Shown here: positions 18,425-26,337 of the stretch, piece by piece
How positions within the stretch are numbered: the stretch's first letter is position 1
How the letters are laid out: each line of letters begins with the position of its first letter
IMG/VR virus record: IMGVR_UViG_3300005512_000117
Coordinates: 1-37,125 of that record
Source: a virus
Lineage: Duplodnaviria > Caudoviricetes
Length of the DNA stretch: 37,125 nt
Reading direction: 5' to 3' (one strand)
The notes under the pieces: model-generated
The model's input: the letters and a program-made list of their open reading frames with translations, nothing else
What the model was told of the DNA's origin: nothing
Database searches by the model: none
Translations under genes and position numbers: made by a program

Positions 18425-18799
18425 TTACGAGATTTCTTCGTATGAAACAACAACCTTCAGGTCGCTCGCTGTACCAGCAGTTGCGCCGATTGACATGTTT
18501 TCTTCGAGGTACAGAGATGTGCTCTTGTCGATAACAACCAAGGAAGCATCAGCAGGGACAGAGACTGTCGAGACTAGCTCGGTCGCCGTACCGCCAATGT
18601 CGTCTTCGCTGTACACAGACACAGTGATGTCTGCGGCAGATGTGCCATCCACATTTGACACAATCAGGCTGTTGATCTTAAACACCTTGCCTGAGTCAAC
18701 GGTGTTTGACACAACAGCAGTTGCGTTGGTGGTTGTTAAGCTAACTTGATCGGTTTTACCCGTGATCGTTGTTACGTTTACAATATTCGGTGCGGCCAT
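18425..18799 (-). CDS. Conserved small tail-associated beta-sandwich protein
   Basis: 124 aa MAAPNIVNVTTI.GKT...KINSL.VSNVDG...ADITV...ST.SVPADASL...YLEE...SYEEIS; sits between the fibre and the RCC1 genes. Confidence 0.65.
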   Translation of the reverse strand: MAAPNIVNVTTITGKTDQVSLTTTNATAVVSNTVDSGKVFKINSLIVSNVDGTSAADITVSVYSEDDIGGTATELVSTVSVPADASLVVIDKSTSLYLEENMSIGATAGTASDLKVVVSYEEIS

Positions 18800-18811
18800 T
18801 ACTAAATCCTC

Positions 18812-20335
18812 TTAACCAAACACAATGGCCATTGCGATGGCCTTACCAGTTGAAATACCTGCATCTGAGAACGACAGCTTGCCGCTCCCGTCAGTCACCA
18901 GAGCCTGACCATTTGAGCCATCGGCATCAGGAAGCTCAAGCTCATACGTTGCCCCGGCACTGTGTGGCGGGCTTGCGATTGTAACGCCGTGTGTGTTGAC
19001 CTCGCAGTTGAGAACAATCTTTGCAGAGTTAGTATCCCCGCGAACAACAAACTTACCCGTACCGTTGGGTGCAACCTGCAAATCAGCATTCGATGTTGTA
19101 ACAACGTAGTTACCATTGACATCGAGATTGCCGCCGAGCTGTGGAGTTGTGTCTTCTGAAACGTTCTCGAGCGCGTCTCCATAGCTTAGCTGACCAGCTC
19201 CATCCGTTTTCAAATATTGATCTGCCGATCCATCCGCCTGAGGCCAGCTTTGTCCATCAAGAACGATTGAGCCGGTTGTGTCTGGAGTAATTGCAATATT
19301 TCCAGCGCTTGCTGAGGTTATTGACTGCCCGTTGACATCAAGGTTCCCGCCAAGCTGTGGAGTTGTATCATCGACAACCGCCGCAATACCACCGCTCGCG
19401 CTTGCGAAAGATACAGTTCCTGAACCATTTGTTGTCAGTACTTGGCCGTTTGTCCCATCGGTTGTTGGCAATGTCAGCGCATCTACAAACCCTTGTAGGT
19501 TTGCATCATATGCAAGGACTGACGTACCAATGTCGTTGTTTTCAAGTACGGTCGATGTGATTCCGTCAAGCTGATTGATCTCACCTGCATTGGCTGTTAC
19601 CTGAACGCCACCAAGAGACAGTGTCGAGATGTTTGCTGTGCTTGGTGATGTTGTCCCAATCGCGGTACCGTCAATGTTACCACCGTTGATGTCAGCCGTT
19701 GTTAGGACTGCGTCAGCAATTGTGACCTGACCTGTTGAGTCAGCCACTGTGATTGCGGTTGTTCCATCCTTGGCCTTGAGATTTGTTGCTTCAACGTTTG
19801 TCGCGTCAACTGTCGTGGCATTGACCGTGGTGATATTTCCTGTTGTGGCCGCCACTGTTGTGGCGCTTAGCGCTGTGATCAAGAGATCATCAAACACTTG
19901 CGTCACTGTAGCGCCTGCACCCGACCCGCTAAACTTCAGGACAACGTCTTTGCCGTTGCTTACCTCAAAGTCATTTGAAGCGCTGTAGGTGCCTTGAAAC
20001 ACGATGAGGCTTTGGCTACCGGACAAGCTGTTGCGGATGATGACAATCTTTTCTGCATCGTTCGGGGTGAGCTGTACGAAAGCAGTTCCGCCTAGGTCTC
20101 CTCCGTCCACAAACTCAATGAATTTATTTCGGCCATCTGAAGCTGATCCGTCTGTAATCTCAAGCGCGTTTGGCGAGCCAGAACTTCCAGCAGAAGCTAG
20201 TGTGACTGAGACGATCCCGTTGACCGCTTGGTCAATGAGATCAAAGTTGGTATTGGTCGTGACGCCCCACGTTCCGGATTGTTCGCCCGTGGCGATCTTC
20301 TCAATACCTAGGTTGGTAGTATATGTACTTGGCAT
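18812..20335 (-). CDS. Tail fibre protein
   Basis: 507 aa; N-terminal MPSTY...L.IE....GEQSGTWG..TN.N...DQA anchor; two DTTPQLGGNLDVNG repeats; three P..DG...Q.L.T[DN]G.G..S repeats; C-terminal GKAIAMAIVFG. Confidence 0.75.
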   Translation of the reverse strand: MPSTYTTNLGIEKIATGEQSGTWGVTTNTNFDLIDQAVNGIVSVTLASAGSSGSPNALEITDGSASDGRNKFIEFVDGGDLGGTAFVQLTPNDAEKIVIIRNSLSGSQSLIVFQGTYSASNDFEVSNGKDVVLKFSGSGAGATVTQVFDDLLITALSATTVAATTGNITTVNATTVDATNVEATNLKAKDGTTAITVADSTGQVTIADAVLTTADINGGNIDGTAIGTTSPSTANISTLSLGGVQVTANAGEINQLDGITSTVLENNDIGTSVLAYDANLQGFVDALTLPTTDGTNGQVLTTNGSGTVSFASASGGIAAVVDDTTPQLGGNLDVNGQSITSASAGNIAITPDTTGSIVLDGQSWPQADGSADQYLKTDGAGQLSYGDALENVSEDTTPQLGGNLDVNGNYVVTTSNADLQVAPNGTGKFVVRGDTNSAKIVLNCEVNTHGVTIASPPHSAGATYELELPDADGSNGQALVTDGSGKLSFSDAGISTGKAIAMAIVFG

Positions 20336-20346
20336 CTAAAGTTCCT

Positions 20347-22107
20347 CTATGCCGCCAATTCTTCGTAATCAGGTGTTTGAGATGTATCGATCTCGGTGTA
20401 GTTCGGCGTCTGACTTGTACTGACCTCTTGATAACTCGCTGTCTGCGAGGAATCAACAGGGGTATAAGCAGGCGTTTGACTGCTATCAACCTCTTGATAG
20501 TTCGGTGTCTGGCTGTCATCAACCTGTATGTACAGGTTAATTGTACCATTTTCAGCAACGGCTTCGACGCCAGTAACGAATATCGACCCCGGTCTAGCGG
20601 GAGTGACTTCGCCAATAAATCCAACCGACTCAACACCCGTAAGGGTGACTGACCCCGGTATCGAAGCGGTAACCGATCCAACCTCAGTAGAGATTGCAGG
20701 TGTCGGGTCTCCTGTGGGTTGGCTCCAAGAGCCGTCACCCCAAGCGTCACGACCCCAGCCGGAACCTTCTTGAATTGGGACTACGGCGTCCCCTGTGGCT
20801 CCTAGAGTGCCTGCATCAAGAGTTGCTGATACCCCGGTAGTTTCTGCTGTCGCATCACCGACCTGCACAGATCCAACCTGAGCTGTTGCATCGACCCCTG
20901 TAACAGGGACCTGAACATCAAAGTGTTGCTCGGTATCACCGAGAACAGCATCCGCTTCAACGCCAGACAAGCTGACATCTTCGCTAAAGACGATACTACC
21001 TTGATCAACGTCAGACTGAACGCCTGTAACGCTGATGAATGTCTGAGGGACCGCCTCAACATCTCCGAGCGGAGACACAGCCTCGACGCCCGTAACAGTT
21101 GCAGTACCGCTTGCTGTATTGGTGACATCACCAACATCAGTGTTGATGGCAAGGCTATCGCCTGCACCGCCCCATATATTGGAGCTCCAATCTCCACTTC
21201 CCCATCCGCCTGACTCGACGATATATACTTCGGCGTCAACGACAACAGTGGGAGATCCAGAGTCTACAGAAGACTCAACCCCTGTAAGGTTGACTTCCTC
21301 TGGAATACTGAATGATACAGAGCCTACAGAGCCAGATGCCGCAACACCTTCAGGCTCGGCAAGATTACTGATCTGAACCTTACCCGCAGAGACAAGCTGT
21401 CCCCATGGGTCATCACCCCAGCCAAGGCGACCCCAGCCTCCGGTGAATACACCAGTTAGGCCGAGTGAGGAGACGCCAGTGACTTCGGCAATCGAGTCAA
21501 AGATGACTGTCTCATCACTAAGTACAACGTCTGCTGATACACCGGCTAGATCGTTACCTGTGCTACCGTCAATCGTTGTCTGTGTTGTTTCGGGCGTTTC
21601 ACCATTTGCCGCCACCCCTGTCGGGAAGACGGATACATCGAAGAGCTGGGTTGTGTCCCCAATCGCTCCGACTGTTGCAACGCCTGTTACATCAATGTTA
21701 TTGATGTTGGTTGTTGTGACAGCATTTAATACCGCTGAAGATGCAAGCCCTAGCGGAGTTGCAATCCCATCACCAACAACGCTTTCATCACTGAGAACAA
21801 CATCAGCACTAACGCCGCTGACCGAGAAGGTGATCCCGAATACAACTTTGCCGATATCATTTGCGGTGCCGAATACATCGGCGCTCCAGCCAAGGCGACC
21901 CCAGCCGCCCACGAACGGAGCTAAAAGTGCATTTGCACTTATTCCGGTGACGTTGACTGTTTCGCTAAGCTCTCCGGTGATCTCTCCGGCGTTAGAGGAC
22001 GGTTGGTTCCAACCCTCTCTACCGTAGACATCCGAGCCCCAGCCGCCTGTGAGCGAGCCCTCAAGGGCATTGGCGGATACACCTGTGACGCTAACTAATG
22101 TTGCCAC
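20347..22107 (-). CDS. Acidic G/V/T/S-rich virion structural protein with GWG..W repeats and C-terminal 11-aa tandem repeats
   Basis: 586 aa; many V.VTGV.A repeats, five GWG.... W motifs, and a C-terminal repeat array. Confidence 0.65.
   Translation of the reverse strand: MATLVSVTGVSANALEGSLTGGWGSDVYGREGWNQPSSNAGEITGELSETVNVTGISANALLAPFVGGWGRLGWSADVFGTANDIGKVVFGITFSVSGVSADVVLSDESVVGDGIATPLGLASSAVLNAVTTTNINNIDVTGVATVGAIGDTTQLFDVSVFPTGVAANGETPETTQTTIDGSTGNDLAGVSADVVLSDETVIFDSIAEVTGVSSLGLTGVFTGGWGRLGWGDDPWGQLVSAGKVQISNLAEPEGVAASGSVGSVSFSIPEEVNLTGVESSVDSGSPTVVVDAEVYIVESGGWGSGDWSSNIWGGAGDSLAINTDVGDVTNTASGTATVTGVEAVSPLGDVEAVPQTFISVTGVQSDVDQGSIVFSEDVSLSGVEADAVLGDTEQHFDVQVPVTGVDATAQVGSVQVGDATAETTGVSATLDAGTLGATGDAVVPIQEGSGWGRDAWGDGSWSQPTGDPTPAISTEVGSVTASIPGSVTLTGVESVGFIGEVTPARPGSIFVTGVEAVAENGTINLYIQVDDSQTPNYQEVDSSQTPAYTPVDSSQTASYQEVSTSQTPNYTEIDTSQTPDYEELAA
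20359..20523 (-). repeat. Five tandem 33-nt (11-aa) repeats, consensus VDxSQTPxYxE
   Basis: VDDSQTPNYQE/VDSSQTPAYTP/VDSSQTASYQE/VSTSQTPNYTE/IDTSQTPDYEE. Confidence 0.9.
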
Positions 22108-22132
22108 GGTACCTCCCGCCTACACAGGATGA

Positions 22133-22597
22133 TTAAGCCGGAGTGGCTAGGCGAATAATAGCGTTTGATGCGTCGTCGGTAGGGAATACGATTGTGAAAT
22201 CACCAGATGTCGCTGACTTATCTGAACCAAAGTCAAGAACAGCAACAGCTTCAGTTGTACCTGAGCCGCCCGCTGTAGTTGTGTTGTAGATCAACGCACC
22301 ACGAGCAGTCAATGTTACTGAGCTGAACACCTCATCATCAAAGTCAACATATGCTGTCGTACCCGACTGTGCTGGGATTCCAGAAGGAATCGACAAAGCT
22401 TGGCCGCCTGCTGTATAGTTCGTGCCACTGCTTGAAACCTCACCTGACGTTGTGTAGTCAGTTGTTGTTGCATCAAGAGACGCTGAGTTAGTGTACAGGG
22501 CGATGTTGAATGTATGCCCTCCTGATGTCGAAAAGTTGTGCTTCGCTTCAAGTAATTCTTTCTTGAATGACGTGCACATCGCCTGAGTAATGGCCAT
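22133..22597 (-). CDS. Conserved virion structural protein
   Basis: 154 aa MAITQAMCTSFK.ELL...H.F......F.IALYT..A.L...TT.Y....EV...Y..GG..L...A.VDF.D....TARGALIYN...AVAVLDFG.DK....G.FTI.FP. Confidence 0.7.
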   Translation of the reverse strand: MAITQAMCTSFKKELLEAKHNFSTSGGHTFNIALYTNSASLDATTTDYTTSGEVSSSGTNYTAGGQALSIPSGIPAQSGTTAYVDFDDEVFSSVTLTARGALIYNTTTAGGSGTTEAVAVLDFGSDKSATSGDFTIVFPTDDASNAIIRLATPA

Positions 22598-22887
22598 TAC
22601 AATTTCCTCACTATATCGGCCATGTCTTCATGACCCTGTTGCTTAAATAAATTATACAGTGTTGTCCTCTCGGACTTCTGAGCTTTTGTGATCGTTTGCA
22701 CCAAGATCGACTTGATTCGGTCTCTATATGCAAAGGCCTGATCTTTGATCAGCGGGTGCAAGTCTTTACCACAGTAAAGGATCTTGTTTAGTGCCATATC
22801 GGCAAGTTCTTCTGCATTGAGTCCTCGGTTCTCTGTAGCGATTACATCGACTACACCAAGGCCTGTTGCTGATTGTTCTGACATCAT
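22597..22887 (-). CDS. Conserved phage hypothetical protein
   Basis: 96 aa, T.NRG...EELA..A..KI...P.IKDQA.AY...I...SERTT; coupled to both neighbours. Confidence 0.7.
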   Translation of the reverse strand: MMSEQSATGLGVVDVIATENRGLNAEELADMALNKILYCGKDLHPLIKDQAFAYRDRIKSILVQTITKAQKSERTTLYNLFKQQGHEDMADIVRKL

Positions 22888-23519
22888 GTGACTCTTACCA
22901 GTGGTTCGCCATTTCTATAGCTGTCTCGTCTGTTTCGGCCTTCGCCTAGGATCATTAACTGACCGACAGCTTCTTCGTATCTTTGCCCGTATAGGTTGAT
23001 TAGGTCGGGCTCACCCTTCATGAACGTGTACGCTTCAAGTAACGTGCCATAGAGGAGAGCCGACGAACCATTATCTCCCAGCCAAGTTGTACTCGCGGTG
23101 ACAATTGATTCAGGCTTGTAGTAATAATGGATCTGCACTGTGTAGCCCGTGTCTGGAGTTGGCCCCAGAATGAATGAGCTTTCGTCAAACACGCTGTAGT
23201 AAACAGGCTTAGCTTGTGTCGTATTTGAGGGATATGCTTCTCTAACAAAATTAACATCCTTGTGTAACAGGAACTCGTAGTCCCCATCCCCATCGACAAC
23301 AGCGATTGAGAACGCAGACAAGAAGTCTGTCGGCGTTGCTAGGAATCTGTTACCTAAGGTCATGGTTCCGGTGACATTCTTTCTTAACTCGGGCGAAAGA
23401 ACAGCACGATGAATGCGCTCTTCTGCCTGCTTCACGAATGTCGGGATCTGGTTTACGAACGTTGTTTCTTCGTTCTCGGTGTAATCCTTGATCGCCTGTA
23501 CGAGTTCCGTATAGTTCAT
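22884..23519 (-). CDS. Putative head-tail adaptor protein
   Basis: Start moved to ATG 23519 (MNYTELVQAIKDYTEN..F...IP.FV.QAEERI.R); LGPTPD..Y....HY.Y.P, TWL......LLYG.L.EAY.FMK pattern of adaptor/connector proteins. Confidence 0.6.
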   Translation of the reverse strand: MNYTELVQAIKDYTENEETTFVNQIPTFVKQAEERIHRAVLSPELRKNVTGTMTLGNRFLATPTDFLSAFSIAVVDGDGDYEFLLHKDVNFVREAYPSNTTQAKPVYYSVFDESSFILGPTPDTGYTVQIHYYYKPESIVTASTTWLGDNGSSALLYGTLLEAYTFMKGEPDLINLYGQRYEEAVGQLMILGEGRNRRDSYRNGEPLVRVT

Positions 23520-23520
23520 A

Positions 23521-24186
23521 TCAATCCTGATATAAGTTGTCGAATGTGACTGAGGGGTCTGTGTAACTTGAGTGACCCTCTGCCGAATGCAAATGCTGAC
23601 TTGGTGCAAAATCAGGAGCACCCTCGCCAGTTCTCCAGAGTGCAGGGCTTGTTGCTCTCACTCTGTTATTCGGTAATGCAACAATGTTTCCTGTCCAAGG
23701 TCCCTCGGTCAGGTACATGACGTGCGATTGTTTGTGTTGATCGGGTGAATCCGCGATCTCGTGCTCCGTGTAATCAACCGTGAACATGTATCGCGCTTCG
23801 TAGAAGGATCCGTCAATCTTTGCAATCCATGGACTTGAGCTAACGCGGTCCATACATACCACGCTGTGATGGCGTGATTCGCAATCCCAAGGTTGTGCCA
23901 AGTGATCATCCATTGGCTCGGGCCATTCATCCAAGGGGATGTCTGCAACGAGGGCTTGGATGGGCATTCTGGCCCACATGGCTCCTCCGTGGACATTCTC
24001 TCCTCCATCGGAGTCGATTTCACATCCTGTGAAGACAACTTGGAAGCTGAGAGATCTGTCTGGAATTGTATTGACCGCAAACGCAAGTGCGTGAATGAAC
24101 TCTCCATGATAGTCCTGATGGTTTGCAGTGAACTCTTTGCGTACCCAACACTTGAAGCTGGGTACGTTTGATATCAGATAAGGCAT
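23521..24186 (-). CDS. Conserved phage hypothetical protein
   Basis: 221 aa; VRKEF...H..YHGEF, HGGAMWARMPI.AL, QPWDC.S, Y.FTVDY, QHKQSH, ALPNNRVR; TAATG-coupled. Confidence 0.75.
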   Translation of the reverse strand: MPYLISNVPSFKCWVRKEFTANHQDYHGEFIHALAFAVNTIPDRSLSFQVVFTGCEIDSDGGENVHGGAMWARMPIQALVADIPLDEWPEPMDDHLAQPWDCESRHHSVVCMDRVSSSPWIAKIDGSFYEARYMFTVDYTEHEIADSPDQHKQSHVMYLTEGPWTGNIVALPNNRVRATSPALWRTGEGAPDFAPSQHLHSAEGHSSYTDPSVTFDNLYQD

Positions 24187-24665
24187 TACATGCTCCGGCT
24201 AAATTTCTTTCCTCTTGTAGCCGCGCCTGTACCACGGGCTACACCACCCGCAGAATAACCTTTTGTCTTTTTCATTGCACCACCCTTGGAGTAGCCCTTT
24301 GTCTTCTTCATGGCTCCTCCTCCGCGCTTCTTCGCTGTCTTGTTTGCTTCAGCGATGCGACGATCTTCTTCAATCGCGTTAATCAGCACATCCTTCGAGG
24401 CTGGCTTTTCAGTTGGAGCAGGTCTGCGTGTACGCTTACCTTCTGACATCTTTGTGACTCCGCCCTTGGCCATCGCTTTGGTTTTCTTCATCGCGCCGCC
24501 CTTGGCCATTGCCTTGGTCTTCTTTGTCGCTCCGCCTCCGGCCATCTTGCCTTTGCCGTCAGCGGCAAATGCAGGGACCATGTTTCCGTCCTTGCCTTTG
24601 ACCATCGGCATCTTTCCGGACTTCATCTTAATAGGCTTCTTCGCGCCACCTGTTTTCTTCATCAT
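24186..24665 (-). CDS. Lys/Gly-rich basic protein with KKTK.MAKGG repeats (putative internal DNA-condensing protein)
   Basis: 159 aa, very basic; tandem AMKKTK(A/G)(M/Y)xKGG repeats. Confidence 0.6.
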   Translation of the reverse strand: MMKKTGGAKKPIKMKSGKMPMVKGKDGNMVPAFAADGKGKMAGGGATKKTKAMAKGGAMKKTKAMAKGGVTKMSEGKRTRRPAPTEKPASKDVLINAIEEDRRIAEANKTAKKRGGGAMKKTKGYSKGGAMKKTKGYSAGGVARGTGAATRGKKFSRSM

Positions 24666-24675
24666 AATCGTTCAC

Positions 24676-24993
24676 CTAGCTCACCGTGATTGTTACTGTG
24701 CCTACGGCACCTTCTACTACTGTCAGTGGATTGCCCACTGGGTTCCACCCAAAGAAAGCTCTACTCTCCTCAAGAGATCTGTCTGGACGAGGATCAAGCA
24801 GTGACTGGGGATCAAATACCTTAACTCGGCCCAAGAAGTTTTGCGGCTGATCTGGATCAACCACGTCACGACCTACGCGCATCCCAGTCTTGACGCCGTT
24901 CTTATATTCATAAACAAGCTCATTGAGCGGGTAGCGAAACCCTGTCTTGTCGCAGTACCCGAATGCCTTGCTAGCTTTAGCGTATACAGGCAT
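24676..24993 (-). CDS. Conserved hypothetical virion protein
   Basis: 105 aa; A.G.CD..GFRY.L..L, D.DQPQ..LG.....DPQ.L..PRPD. Confidence 0.7.
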   Translation of the reverse strand: MPVYAKASKAFGYCDKTGFRYPLNELVYEYKNGVKTGMRVGRDVVDPDQPQNFLGRVKVFDPQSLLDPRPDRSLEESRAFFGWNPVGNPLTVVEGAVGTVTITVS

Positions 24994-25677
24994 TTAGACC
25001 CCCGACGTGTAGAACGTACTAAACGGGATAAAGCGCAATGAAGAACTGTCTCGGTCTTCACCAGCGGCTAGTTCAAACTGGAACTCATACTCCTGCTTCA
25101 GCGGAACTACCCTGTCTGAAACCTCTGGCTTCTTCATAGCGATGTAATAGGCTAGGCCTGCAACAAGGCACGGAACGAATCTCGGAGGAACGTCAGCCGT
25201 TCCCGAAACGCCCGCGCTAATGCTTTCAATGCCACGGAGGCGGTAATACGCCAGAGTATAAGTGTCAGTTGAATCCGGCACAGGCCACAGCGTAACAGTT
25301 GTCTCCGTTGCCAAACGGCGAATGAACGCTTGTACGGGTCTTCCGGTAGTGTTCTTGTTAGTTTGCTGAGAATAAGTCGATACACTGATCCGCTCCACGT
25401 TGGTGTCAATCTGATTGACCCCGGTGCCTGTGCGTAACGACATCTCAATTAAGTCAATTGTGTCGGCAGGGAGTGTGTATGTCCCTGTGCCTGATGACAA
25501 CGAGATTGTTCCGGGCTCGATGGTCCACAGATTCAAACCTCTATTCTGCCACTCAAGAGTCAATAGGTTCAAGCTTCTTCGGGCCGTCTTTAGATCGTAC
25601 CCTGTACGCATCTCGAGTCCGGCGCGTTCAAAGGCTTCTTCAAACAGCTCTGGTAGATCTGGTGTTACTACTGCCAT
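24994..25677 (-). CDS. Putative head-tail adaptor / tail tubular protein A-like
   Basis: 227 aa; EEAFERAG....GYDL.TARRSLNLL..EW.NRG.NLWT, GRP, LWPVPD, P.RF.PCL.AGLAYY...K..YE..F..A..ED. Confidence 0.6.
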   Translation of the reverse strand: MAVVTPDLPELFEEAFERAGLEMRTGYDLKTARRSLNLLTLEWQNRGLNLWTIEPGTISLSSGTGTYTLPADTIDLIEMSLRTGTGVNQIDTNVERISVSTYSQQTNKNTTGRPVQAFIRRLATETTVTLWPVPDSTDTYTLAYYRLRGIESISAGVSGTADVPPRFVPCLVAGLAYYIAMKKPEVSDRVVPLKQEYEFQFELAAGEDRDSSSLRFIPFSTFYTSGV

Positions 25678-25678
25678 G

Positions 25679-25978
25679 CTACGCCTTTGTCCTTCCTCTT
25701 ATGGCGATCCCGTCCCGCATACAGCGGCCACCTGACTTCGCCTTTGTTACCTTTGCCTTGGGGGTGTTTGATACAAACTGTTTACCCTTGGAGCCTTCTT
25801 TCTTTTTCTTTCGGGCTGTCGCTTTACGCTCAGACTTGCTGAGGCTTTGCGCTTTGTTTCTTGGGAGACATCGGTCAGGGTTCTTCTTGTTCTTTGAAGA
25901 CCCGCACTCGCCCGCAATGTTTCCGCTTGAGTCAATCCTAACCCAGTCTTCTTTCAACCACTTCTTGAGCTGGCCCAT
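25679..25978 (-). CDS. Small basic conserved phage protein
   Basis: 99 aa; LKKW..EDW, C.P..KA.SLS..E...T.RKK....KGKQFV. Confidence 0.7.
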   Translation of the reverse strand: MGQLKKWLKEDWVRIDSSGNIAGECGSSKNKKNPDRCLPRNKAQSLSKSERKATARKKKKEGSKGKQFVSNTPKAKVTKAKSGGRCMRDGIAIRGRTKA

Positions 25979-26337
25979 TACTTACCCTTCCGCTTCCCGC
26001 CTTTCGACTTCTTGGCGTAATTCGGGTCCTTGCAATACTTTGATGCGGCAAGGTTCGCATATGCACTTGGGTATTTGTCGAAAGTTCTTTTGGCCCAAGC
26101 CTTCCCTTCCGGACAAATCTTTCCCTTGCTTTTGGTCTTGCCGCCTTTCTTCATTTGGGTGACGGTTGACTCGTCATTACCCACACTCTTGTTACGAGAC
26201 CGGATTGCTTCAAGATCTCTCGCATCCGAACCACTTGAAACGAGGCCGCACCCTGAGGTTGTTTTGGGACTTTTGTTTTTTGAGCCATACATGCGATTAC
26301 CTGTCAGTTGCTTGCCCATGCTAGAACGACTGATCAT
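25978..26337 (-). CDS. Small basic conserved phage protein
   Basis: 119 aa; KICP.GKAWAKR.F..YPSAYAN..AS.YCK motif; MKKGG. Confidence 0.7.
   Translation of the reverse strand: MISRSSMGKQLTGNRMYGSKNKSPKTTSGCGLVSSGSDARDLEAIRSRNKSVGNDESTVTQMKKGGKTKSKGKICPEGKAWAKRTFDKYPSAYANLAASKYCKDPNYAKKSKGGKRKGK

Noticed and set aside
21443-22027. 194-aa plus-strand ORF, and other plus-strand ORFs such as 24310-24804, 25458-26162 and 11277-11663
   Set aside because: Antisense to well-supported genes, low-complexity mirror translations, no RBS or motifs
23520-23621. N-terminal extensions given by the ORF track (also 7566-7601 and 29559-29579)
   Set aside because: They overlap upstream genes or regulatory elements; the downstream ATGs fit RBS position, coupling and family N-termini better
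24250-24530. Nucleotide tandem repeats (e.g. cgcccttggccat...ttggt)
   Set aside because: Explained by the KKTKxMAKGG peptide repeats; not a separate DNA element
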